Source of the DNA: Bacteroidota bacterium
Lineage (GTDB): Bacteria; Bacteroidota; Bacteroidia; Bacteroidales; SZUA-534
Direction: 5' to 3'
Assembly (NCBI GenBank): GCA_003250355.1
Contig: QKGS01000069.1
Location: 21,411 to 85,410 of the forward strand
DNA length: 64,000 bases
Shown here: piece after piece, positions 39,259 through 48,800 of the stretch
Position numbering within the stretch: position 1 is the stretch's first letter
Layout: every line of letters begins with the position of its first letter
Made by a program: the position numbers and the translations under genes
The notes under the pieces: generated by a model
The model's input: only the letters and a program-made list of their open reading frames with translations
Database searches by the model: none
What the model was told of the DNA's origin: nothing

Positions 39259-40056
39259 TTATTGTTCACTTGCAATAACTTCGAGCTTTAGTGTGTCGAA
39301 TTTGCCTATAATATTTTTTTTTGCAAAAAAAGTGCTTAAAAATAGAGTAAGCGAACAACCCGAGAATATTGCAAGCATAATCATTATTTGATACTTAATA
39401 GCAACTACCGGAGAGCTACCTCCCAATATTTGTCCCGTCATCATACCCGGCAGCGATATAAGACCTATCACCGACATATTGGCTATCATAGGATTCAAAG
39501 CTCGTTTAAATGCTTCCCCATAAAATGGGCGTAAAGCTAGTTTACTGCTACCTGTGTTCGTAAGGAGAAAATAATACAAATCTGATTTCTCGCTCAATCC
39601 TTTAAAGAAGGCTGTTAGTCCTACTATATTGTGATTCATGGAGTTTCCCAGTATCATACCTGTAATTGGAATCAGATATCTAACATCGAATATGTAGTCA
39701 AGCTTTATTATAAAACCAAGAAAAAAAGTATCAATAATAATGACAGATATAAGCCCGGCAATAAACAACGGTAATGCAAATACTTTCCAACTTAACGAAA
39801 TGCGTTTAACTGTTGTAAATACCCCTACAAGTATCATTATAAAAACCCATAAACTATTTATCCATGCTTTGTTCATGTCGAATACCCATTCCAGATAAAC
39901 AGCAACCAATGATAATTGCAAAGCCATACGCAATGCACTTATAAGTAACCCTTTTACAAGCTTTACTTTATATATTAACAATACTGCAACCGGAATAATA
40001 AGTATTATAAAACTTAGTACAAGTTCTTTTATACCTATATCAACTATATCATTCAT
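39259..40056 (-). CDS. FetB/UPF0014-like ABC exporter permease
   Basis: 265 aa with about 7 TM helices. It overlaps the upstream ATPase gene by 4 nt. Confidence 0.65.
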   Translation of the reverse strand: MNDIVDIGIKELVLSFIILIIPVAVLLIYKVKLVKGLLISALRMALQLSLVAVYLEWVFDMNKAWINSLWVFIMILVGVFTTVKRISLSWKVFALPLFIAGLISVIIIDTFFLGFIIKLDYIFDVRYLIPITGMILGNSMNHNIVGLTAFFKGLSEKSDLYYFLLTNTGSSKLALRPFYGEAFKRALNPMIANMSVIGLISLPGMMTGQILGGSSPVVAIKYQIMIMLAIFSGCSLTLFLSTFFAKKNIIGKFDTLKLEVIASEQ

Positions 40057-40646
40057 AATTCAATTACTTTTTCGGAGTTATTAACCCAAAGTTTATTGTG
40101 CGATGCTGATATTATGGTTGTGTCGCTAAGCGAATTAACCACATTTATTAGCAAATGTATTGATTCATCGTCGAGCGATGAGGTTGGCTCATCCATAATC
40201 AGCACAGGTTTGTTTAGTGCTATACATATTGCTGTAATAATACGTTGCTTTTGTCCGCCACTAACTTTTTTAAAGTTTTTAAGTAAAATAGCAGGCTCCA
40301 GTCCCAACTTTTGTAACCACTTCTCTATTTCGGAAGTCTTATTATCGTTGTTAAGTAATGTTATAAGTTCTGCACCGTTATTTACCGGAAGGTTAATATT
40401 TTGCGGAAGCCACGATACATAATCTCTGATTTGTTTTGCCGAGGTGCTTGTTAACTCTGTGCCGTTTATTGAAACTGTACCTTCATATTGGCTTATGTGT
40501 CCCTGAATAAGTTTTAAAAGTGTGGTTTTTCCCCTTCCGGAAATACCACTGAAACACACCTTTTCTCCTTTGCTTATATGAATATTTACATTATTAAGAA
40601 TTTGTGTCCCTTCAAAATTTACCGATATATTTTCGAGTTTTATCAT
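40053..40646 (-). CDS. FetA-like ABC transporter ATP-binding protein
   Basis: Walker A GISGRGKTT, signature VSGGQKQR, Walker B LIMDEPTS. The start is set to MIKLENISV (40646). The 44-codon extension in the track overlaps the GH2 3' end and looks non-native. Confidence 0.7.
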   Translation of the reverse strand: MIKLENISVNFEGTQILNNVNIHISKGEKVCFSGISGRGKTTLLKLIQGHISQYEGTVSINGTELTSTSAKQIRDYVSWLPQNINLPVNNGAELITLLNNDNKTSEIEKWLQKLGLEPAILLKNFKKVSGGQKQRIITAICIALNKPVLIMDEPTSSLDDESIHLLINVVNSLSDTTIISASHNKLWVNNSEKVIEL

Positions 40647-40707
40647 AAAAAATAGGTCAAATGTTATTGAGTACCATTTGCAAATGAAGCATAACAAAGC
40701 TAGGCAA

Positions 40708-43335
40708 TTAATATAACTGAACAACCTCAAAATTAACATTTGCCGATTCAAGTCCTTCTGCTGAAACTTCAACAGCACATTTTCCCGACTCTCGCCCGGC
40801 TCTGATAATTGCTAATGCTTTTCCTTGATTAGTAATAATAGTATTCCCTTTCGGATGTTCAACGCTCCACTCTGAACCATTATCAACCGATAAAAGCTCT
40901 CCATTGCCCGATATATGAAGCTTTACTTTAATATCGTTATTGGGAACAACTACGCCATTACTGTCGGTTATATAAACCTGCACATGAACTAAATCTTCAC
41001 CATTGGCATTTAGTGTGTGCTTATCAGTTTTTAGTATTATTTTGTGAGGTTCACCTGCTGTTTTTATTACATATTCATTGGCAATTTCACCACGGTTGTA
41101 ACCCACTATTCTAAGTTCACCCGGCGAGAATGGAACTATCCATTTTATTACATTATCATCAAAAGCGGAAAGCTTTTTTCGTCCGAAACCTACTGTATTT
41201 ATAAAAACATCTGCTTCTTCGCAGTTAGTATATCCCTGAATAATAACAGAATCGCCAACGGAGTAGTTCCATGTATCATACGCTTTGTACCAAAGCCAGC
41301 GACGATGCCACGATTTTTGTTCTTCAAATCTAAAACCGGAATCCGGCACATATTTGAATTCTGAATCGGAAGCTTTAACAGTTGCAGCATACACTTTAGG
41401 GTTATCGTTCCACAGGCACTCATAAAAATGGCCGCGAGGATTTTTAAACGAAGCTAAATCGAAAAATGAAACATCGAGACCGCGGCGAGGATAAGGACCT
41501 CCCTCTCCCAAATAAGCCATACCTGTCCATGTAAATATTCCTGCTACATATTCACGTTCCATTACTGCTTTCCACTCTTCATAAGAGTTGAAATTTTCGG
41601 TTCCAAGTATTTTTACATCAGGATATTCACTATGTGCCCCGGAGTATTCGCAAGTTCTGTAATTGAATCCAAATACATCTATTATTTGCGCAAGCCCGCT
41701 TACCATACCTACAACAGGCATCACCGAACCCATTGTTACCGGACGCAAAGTATCTTCTTCTCTAACATACTCTGCAAGCATTTTGGCAATAATTACAAGT
41801 GAATCGACAGTGGGTTCTACCGTACTGTAAGCTCTTCTGTTAATAACTGAATCGTACTCAGGCTCATAGGTATAATATTGAACTTTACCGTTTACTTTAC
41901 TATATGTGCGTCCATATTTTGGAAAAGTCCACTCAATTTCATTTCCTATACTCCACAAAATAATTGATGGGTGATTATAATCGCGGCGAATGCACTCCTT
42001 TACGTCGCGCTCTGCCCACTCCTTGAAATACTCAGTATAGTTTCCGGCAAACTTATCGGGTGCATCGGCTGATCCGAGTTGTGTAGCATTCTTTTTTTTA
42101 GGTTGTGTCCATTCGTCGAAAAATTCGGACATAACCAATATACCAACTTCGTTGCAAGCATTGTAAAAATCGGTAGAAAAAGGGTGGTGTGCTGTACGGA
42201 CTGCATTACAACCAAAATATTTCAGCTTTTGCAAGCGATAAATCCATTCTGCTTTAGGCACAGTTGCTCCTAGGTTTCCTGCATCCTGATGTAAGTTTAC
42301 CCCTTTTATTTTTATATGTCTGCCATTAAGAAAAAACCCACTGTCTGATGTGAACTCGAAATACCTGATTCCGAATTTTTCAACAATATTGTCTGATACT
42401 TTTCCATTGTTCAAAACAGTAATTTCAGCACTATACATATTGGGAGAATTAATATCCCACAATTGGGGATTGCTTATTTCAAATGAAAATTTTATTCCAT
42501 CTGTTTCGTAAGCTGCTACATTCTTTTTACAGGTTTCTATCAATTTATTTGTAGGTGAATATATTTTTGCAATTACCTCAACACAAGGGTTGTTTTCCGA
42601 AATACCCTTAAATTCAGTTGAAACAACCACAACAGCACTATCATTATTTACTTGAGGTGTACTAATTTTTAATCCTGAGTAAGGTATATGAGCTTTCCCT
42701 TTCTTGGTAAGCGTTACATTTCTGTAAATGCCTGAACCTGCATACCAACGCTGATCAACATAGTTTGTATGGTCAACTTTCACTAGTATTTCGTTGGTGT
42801 TGTTATATTTTAAATAAGGGGTAATATTGTATGAAAAACCTACATATCCATTTGGGCGAAAGCCAAGCAAATTGCCATTTATCCACACTTTCGAGTTACA
42901 GTATACACCATCAAATTCTATAAATAATTCTTTGTCGGAATCGGACTGTGAAACATGAAATGTTTTTCGGTACCAGCCTACACCTGCCGGCACAAAACCT
43001 GTACTTGCTGCTGTTCGCATATAACCATTGTATATTAACCCCTCAACACCTGTTGGCAGATTACTTTGGTTGTCGCTATTTTTTTTGTCGAACATATTTT
43101 CATCTACTTCAAGCATTGGTGAAAAGCCTTGCTCAATGCTATAATCGTGTGGTAGTTGAATTGTTTTCCATATATACTTTGCAGGGTCAATGCTATCTTC
43201 ATTTACTGTGTCGGCATAATAGAATTGCCAATCGAAATTGAAGTTTTCAGTAACTCTTCCCTGCTGTTTGTCGGAACATGAAATTATGGAAACGAAAAAA
43301 GAAAGTATGTATGCAATATGTAGTAGTGTTTTCAT
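40708..43335 (-). CDS. glycoside hydrolase family 2 lipoprotein
   Basis: 875 aa with a lipobox (SIISC). Motifs: FNFDWQF, NGRHIKIKGVNLHQD, VRTAHHP and WSIGNEIEW (acid/base region). Confidence 0.85.
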   Translation of the reverse strand: MKTLLHIAYILSFFVSIISCSDKQQGRVTENFNFDWQFYYADTVNEDSIDPAKYIWKTIQLPHDYSIEQGFSPMLEVDENMFDKKNSDNQSNLPTGVEGLIYNGYMRTAASTGFVPAGVGWYRKTFHVSQSDSDKELFIEFDGVYCNSKVWINGNLLGFRPNGYVGFSYNITPYLKYNNTNEILVKVDHTNYVDQRWYAGSGIYRNVTLTKKGKAHIPYSGLKISTPQVNNDSAVVVVSTEFKGISENNPCVEVIAKIYSPTNKLIETCKKNVAAYETDGIKFSFEISNPQLWDINSPNMYSAEITVLNNGKVSDNIVEKFGIRYFEFTSDSGFFLNGRHIKIKGVNLHQDAGNLGATVPKAEWIYRLQKLKYFGCNAVRTAHHPFSTDFYNACNEVGILVMSEFFDEWTQPKKKNATQLGSADAPDKFAGNYTEYFKEWAERDVKECIRRDYNHPSIILWSIGNEIEWTFPKYGRTYSKVNGKVQYYTYEPEYDSVINRRAYSTVEPTVDSLVIIAKMLAEYVREEDTLRPVTMGSVMPVVGMVSGLAQIIDVFGFNYRTCEYSGAHSEYPDVKILGTENFNSYEEWKAVMEREYVAGIFTWTGMAYLGEGGPYPRRGLDVSFFDLASFKNPRGHFYECLWNDNPKVYAATVKASDSEFKYVPDSGFRFEEQKSWHRRWLWYKAYDTWNYSVGDSVIIQGYTNCEEADVFINTVGFGRKKLSAFDDNVIKWIVPFSPGELRIVGYNRGEIANEYVIKTAGEPHKIILKTDKHTLNANGEDLVHVQVYITDSNGVVVPNNDIKVKLHISGNGELLSVDNGSEWSVEHPKGNTIITNQGKALAIIRAGRESGKCAVEVSAEGLESANVNFEVVQLY

Positions 43336-43341
43336 AACTAG

Positions 43342-43965
43342 TTAATTTGAATTATTTGCAATCAAATGTTCAATATTACCCCATTCCTGAAGAAACCATT
43401 TATTGTTGTCTATTGCAATTGTATTAATTGAAGAGTTATTGATTGAAAAATTTCTGTTTACGCTCAAGTCAATATCAAATATTTTGTATAGCAAACATTC
43501 TAATACACAACCGTGAGAAATAACAAGAACATTTTTACTATCATGCTGTTTTGCAATAATCTCAAACTCAGTAATAATGCGGTTATAAAACTCTGTTAAA
43601 CTTTCACCACCCGGTATTTTGTAATCGGGCATTCGCCTTTTATAACTTTCGTAAATGTGTGGGATATTTTGTATTGATTCTACTCCAGTTTGCCCTTCCA
43701 TAACGCCAAAACAACGTTCGCGCAGGTTTGAATTTTGCAATATGGGAAGCCTCAATTTATTATTAATTATTTCAGCTGTTTGCATAGCTCTTCCTAAATC
43801 GCTCGATAGTATTTTATGAAATTTTCTCGTCATTAGAGCTTTAGCCGTAAGTTCGGCTTGTAAAAATCCATTTTGCGTAAGGCTGCTGTTTTTTTGTCCT
43901 TGCATACGATTTTCAATATTCCATTCTGTTTCGCCGTGGCGTATAATGGTAACTTGTGTTGGCAT
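43342..43965 (-). CDS. histidine phosphatase (phosphoglycerate-mutase-like) family protein
   Basis: 207 aa with the RHGETEWN motif and a later SHG. It ends 6 nt upstream of the GH2 start. Confidence 0.8.
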   Translation of the reverse strand: MPTQVTIIRHGETEWNIENRMQGQKNSSLTQNGFLQAELTAKALMTRKFHKILSSDLGRAMQTAEIINNKLRLPILQNSNLRERCFGVMEGQTGVESIQNIPHIYESYKRRMPDYKIPGGESLTEFYNRIITEFEIIAKQHDSKNVLVISHGCVLECLLYKIFDIDLSVNRNFSINNSSINTIAIDNNKWFLQEWGNIEHLIANNSN

Positions 43966-44093
43966 GATAGTATAAATATGTATAATTGCAAAACTATATC
44001 AAATATTAGCAATTACAATTTAGTAATCGTTAATCTGTATGCCGCATATTGCAGTAATTAGAGGCTGCTTTTTATACAACCTCTAGTCTTTTT

Positions 44094-45653
44094 TTACCAA
44101 TCAATAGGGAAATAATCTTTTAAGAATTTCCCACACCAATGCTCACCTCGGTTTATACCGTCGAAAAATGGATCGCAAACACGAGCAGCACCGTCAACAA
44201 TATCTAAAGGTGGCTGAAAGTCGTGAACTTCTTGCTTCAAAGCCGACATATGAGCGGGATCTTCGTCGGTTACCCAACCGGTATCAACAGCATTCATATA
44301 TATACCATCTTTAGCCAAATCGGCTGCCGATGTATGAGTTAACATATTTAAAGCCGCTTTTGCCATATTAGTATGCGGGTGTCGCGATTCCTTATGAAAA
44401 CGGTAAAATTTTCCCTCCATGGCTGTAACATTTACAATATGCTTTTTGCCTGTATTGTCGCGTTGCATTATTGGAATTAAGCGATTACACAGAACAAATG
44501 GTGCTATGGCATTTACAAGCTGAACTTCAAGCAATTCAGGTGTAGGTATTTCTCCTATCTTTAATCGCCATGAGTTTGTTTTTCGTAAGTCAACTTGTTG
44601 TAAATCAACATCGAGTTTCCCTTCCGGAAATACCTCTTGATTTTGCAATGCTCCATCGTAGCTATACGGTATTTGCGAAAGCTGAGCCGATGCCCGCAGT
44701 CCTACCCCGGGTTTTTCGTCTTTCCATGTAACGGCAAGCGAGGCTGTGTCTTTTCCACTGGTATTACTTCCGGTAATTCGTTGTATGCAGTTGTAATGCC
44801 CCGACAGCAGTTGCTGAACTTGTGGAGAATGTTCATGATAAGGAAGGTTTTCCATCTCCATCATATGTGCGTAAAACCCCGGAGGACGACGAACCGTTTG
44901 AGCAGCATTGTTTATTAATATATCTAATCGCGGGTAGGTCTCTTCAATATATGAACAAAATAATTCAACACTTGGTGTATGACGCAAATCGAGACCGTAT
45001 ATATGCAAGCGATCTTTCCATTTTTCAAAATCTTTCTCTTTTGAAAAGCGAATAGCTGAATCGGCAGGGAAACGGGTAGTAGCTATAACTGTTGCTCCTG
45101 CTCGCAACATCATCAGTGTAACGTGATAACCAATTTTTAATCTCGACCCTGTCATTAAAGCTATCTGCCCGGTTAAATCAGCATTTTGAAAGCGTTTTTG
45201 ATAATTAAAATCACCACAACTCTCACACATACAATCGTAAAACGGGTGTAACTTTGTATATTCAGCTTTGCAAACATAGCAGTTACGAGGTGTTAGTAAC
45301 TCTTTATCTTCCATACTTTGCTTTGCAGCAGGAAGTAATATCTGATCAGGTGCTTCAAAAACCGATGCTGTTCGGGCAGAACGTATTCCGGTAGATGCTC
45401 GCATCTCCCTATTAGTTTCCCTAATAGCAATCTTTTTATTTTTAACCTGATCTTTATTCCGCTTTTTAATTTCATGCCTGTCGGGACGCGACAATGTTCC
45501 GGCAGCCTTCAATAGTTCAATTCGTTGCTGTTCTTTAAGTTGTACTAAAGGCTCACTGTTATTTACTAATTTCTGTAAAGTAGCTATACACAGTTCCAAT
45601 TCTTCTTTTGTAACTGTCTCATTACTCACTAATTCCTTATCTCCTATTTCCAC
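44094..45653 (-). CDS. atypical SDR-family oxidoreductase with long charged N-terminal extension and Cys cluster
   Basis: The Rossmann region is [31 protein letters not shown], with LINNAAQ. The Cys cluster is CYVC-x12-CMCESC (nt about 45216-45281). The track start (TTG 45671) lies inside a TATATTTG box, so I use the in-frame GTG at 45653. The start is uncertain. Confidence 0.65.
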   Translation of the reverse strand: MEIGDKELVSNETVTKEELELCIATLQKLVNNSEPLVQLKEQQRIELLKAAGTLSRPDRHEIKKRNKDQVKNKKIAIRETNREMRASTGIRSARTASVFEAPDQILLPAAKQSMEDKELLTPRNCYVCKAEYTKLHPFYDCMCESCGDFNYQKRFQNADLTGQIALMTGSRLKIGYHVTLMMLRAGATVIATTRFPADSAIRFSKEKDFEKWKDRLHIYGLDLRHTPSVELFCSYIEETYPRLDILINNAAQTVRRPPGFYAHMMEMENLPYHEHSPQVQQLLSGHYNCIQRITGSNTSGKDTASLAVTWKDEKPGVGLRASAQLSQIPYSYDGALQNQEVFPEGKLDVDLQQVDLRKTNSWRLKIGEIPTPELLEVQLVNAIAPFVLCNRLIPIMQRDNTGKKHIVNVTAMEGKFYRFHKESRHPHTNMAKAALNMLTHTSAADLAKDGIYMNAVDTGWVTDEDPAHMSALKQEVHDFQPPLDIVDGAARVCDPFFDGINRGEHWCGKFLKDYFPIDW

Positions 45654-45668
45654 TTTATAAATTTTTCG

Positions 45669-45676
45669 CAAATATA
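45669..45676 (-). promoter_or_regulatory. possible -7 promoter box (TATATTTG on minus strand)
   Basis: The complement of CAAATATA at 45669-45676 matches TAnnTTTG. Its last three bases are the TTG used as the start by the ORF track. Confidence 0.3.
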
Positions 45677-45883
45677 ACAGTTTTTATATTGCGATTATTA
45701 TTTCTGTAATTTGAGAAAAAACTGTTTAATAAAGCTTCCGAGATATAAGTCTTCATAAAGTTTTTCTCATCAACTGTTAACCATCTCTACAAACGTTTGT
45801 AATTAATCCGGAGTAAAGAAAACTATTCGCCAAATAAGTTATGCTTTACTAAAAACCTTTTTATTAATTAATACTATTAAACT

Positions 45884-48800
45884 ATGTTTAAACGATTAAC
45901 CGGATTAGCAATAGGCGCCATACTAATGCTATCCTCAGTTATCACGTTCTCGCAGACAGTGAATGTCTCGGGGGCATTAAAAAAATGGGATAAGGTAACA
46001 GTAGCCTTAACACTGCCATCGAACCTGAGTGAAAGTGACGGCACTTTCCGTAACAACAGGATGGATGTTGTATTTACCGCTCCAAGTGGTAAAAAAATCA
46101 GAGTTCCCGGATTCTTTGCTGCCGATGGAAATGCAGCAAACTCAGGAGCTACCTCCGGGAAAGTGTACAAAGCGTTCTTACGACCCGATGAAACAGGTAA
46201 CTGGAGCTATCAGGTACTTTACTACACTGGTACCGACGTGGCTTCAAAATCAGTTAGTGCACTTCCTTCGCCGGCTCATAGCCTGACCGGAAGTGTGGGT
46301 AATATCGGAGCGCAAAACGCTGCATTACCTGACCTGAAAGCAAAAGGACGTTTGCTTTATCAGCAAACCGGAGATTTAAATGCACGTCGTTACTTACGAT
46401 TTGCTGAAACAGGAGAATACTTCCTGAAGCATGGTCCTGATTCTCCTGAAAACTTCCTTGATTACAACCAATTCGATTTCGATGATTCAAGAAACGGATG
46501 TAACCTTTGTGTTCTTCACTATTATAGCGCTCACGCCGGTGATTACAAATCCGGTGATCCTACATGGGGTAATGGTAAGGGTAAAAACATTATCGGAGCT
46601 GTAAACTACTTACAGCAAATCGGAGTTAACTCTATGTCAATGTCTCTTTATGGTGGTGATGATAAAAACGTATTTCCATGGATTAAGGTAGGAAGCACTT
46701 TCATTTATGATATTTCAAAACTAGCACAATGGGAAATTGTATTAGACCACGCAGAGAAAAATGGTTTAATGCTACACTTAAAACTGGCTGAAGCTGAAAA
46801 CTGGAATAATCTTAACTCAACCCAGTTAAAAGTATACTACCGCGAAATGGTAGCTCGTTTTGGTCACCATTTAGGAGTTGAATTTAATTTTTCTGAAGAA
46901 TATGCTTCACGTGACTTAACTTACAGCAGTGCAACTTCAGCTAATGAGCGTATTCAGTGGTTAGATGAAATTGACCCTTGGGGTAATAACCATGTAATGC
47001 ACACTCGTCCTGAAGATGAAGCAAAAGCTGCTTACGATCGTTGGTTAGAGCTTGATATGCCAATTACAGGTGCATCTATGCAAAATGAGCATGGTAGTAA
47101 TTATGCAGAGGTTTTTGAACTTACACATAGCCTTGTTGTAAAATCAAAGAATAACGGTACTCCATGGGTTGTTGCATCTGATGAACAAGCTACAGCAAAT
47201 AATGGTGTATTTACTACAATGGATCAGACTAACGGAAACGTAAGTGATTGGGGGCGTAAAGGTGTTCTTTGGGGTAACATAATGGCCGGTGGTGCAGGTG
47301 TTATGTGGTACGGTGGAGCAAACGGTGACTTCAAGACAGAAGATTTCCGCCGCTTCAATACTCTTGCTGCATGGGGACGCCATGCTGTAAGCTTTTTCCA
47401 GGATAATAATGTAGAGTTCTGGAAAATGGTTAACAACGATGCTCTTACTTCAGAATCAAGTGCTCACTGTTTGGCAGAAGCCGGAAAAGCTTATGTTATA
47501 TACTTGCCTGGCGGTGGTTCTTCAAATATTAACCTTAACGGAGTATCAGGAACATTTAACGTTAAGTGGTTTGATCCCCGTAATGGCGGAGCTTTAAAAA
47601 ATGGTTCTGTTGCAACTGTATCAGGTGGCGGAAACCGTTCTATTGGGAATGCCCCTAATTCTACTACAAGTGATTGGGTTGTTTTAGTAACTACTGAAAA
47701 TTTCATTCCGGTTTCTTCAGTTTCTGTATCTCCTTCTACTGCAACATTAAATACTGCGGGCGAGACAGTAACTCTTAATGAAACAGTACTTCCGGGTAAT
47801 GCTACAAATAAAAATGTTACATGGTCAAGTTCCAACCTCTCGGTTGCTACAGTAAACAACGGTGTTGTAACTGCAGTTGGTGCAGGTACTGCGAAAATTA
47901 CAGCAATAACTGTTGATGGTGGAAAAACAGCAGAATGTAATGTAACCGTAAACGGAGTTCCTGCACAAGGAGTAACACTGGATCGTAGTAACGTGAAGCT
48001 TGGAAAAGATTCCGGCACAAAGCTTAATGCTACTGTACTACCTACAAATGCGGCTAACAAATCTGTTACCTGGAGTTCTTCTAACACAGATGTAGCTACA
48101 GTAAGTAATGGAACTGTAACAGGAAAATCAATAGGAACTGCTACTATTACTGTAAAAACAGTAGATGGTGGATTTACTGCATCTTGTGATATTATAGTAA
48201 CTGAGGGTGGTATTACCTATGGTTCTAACTGGATTGTATTTGAATCAGACATAACATCATCTGATCTTGGAGCATGGGTTCTTCGTACTCCGGGCGATGC
48301 TAAATATCATGGTGCAACATCTGGTGTAGAGCCAATTGGTAACGACTATCTTGAATTTACAGGAAATAACGAAGATGGTGGCAGTGCTAATTCTCCGCTT
48401 AAATATACATTTAAATGCCCTAAAACAGGTAAATACCGTTTAGGGATGCGCCTGCTTCAAAATCTTGAAGGTGCAGCTTGGGATAAATGTAACGATGTTT
48501 ATATAAAACTTGAAGGAAACTTTACATCAGGGAATGAATTTTCAACCGATGATCTTAAGCATGACCATAAATTTTATGGACGTGGAAAAGATGCATGGGG
48601 TGCAGGTATTCAAATGGAAGGACATATAAACGGCGTGAAAAAACTTGTTCCGGTATATTACAACCTTACAGAAGGTGAAGAATACACGTTTACTATGTCA
48701 GGCAGAGCGCAACGTACTTGTATTGATTATATTATTTTTTATGAATCTACAATTTCATACACACTTGCCGAAAGTCAGGATATAGCTGCCGTTAACCCTT

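Noticed and set aside
40647-40778. 44-codon N-terminal extension of the FetA-like ATPase, overlapping the GH2 3' end.
   Set aside because: The extension is hydrophobic nonsense with no homology pattern. The canonical ABC N-terminus MIKLENISV begins at 40646.
45676-45800. 10-bp perfect inverted repeat (AACAGTTTTT at 45676-45685 and AAAAACTGTT at 45717-45726) and 12-bp palindrome ACAAACGTTTGT (45789-45800) in the divergent SDR/giant-gene spacer. A related ACAAACAGGTTTGT lies at 10606-10619.
   Set aside because: By simple arithmetic, a 6+6 palindrome is expected about 16 times in 64 kb (64000/4^6). A 10-bp repeat with a spacer of 40 nt or less is expected about 2-3 times, and more often in AT-rich DNA. 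These are not distinguishable from chance without conservation data.
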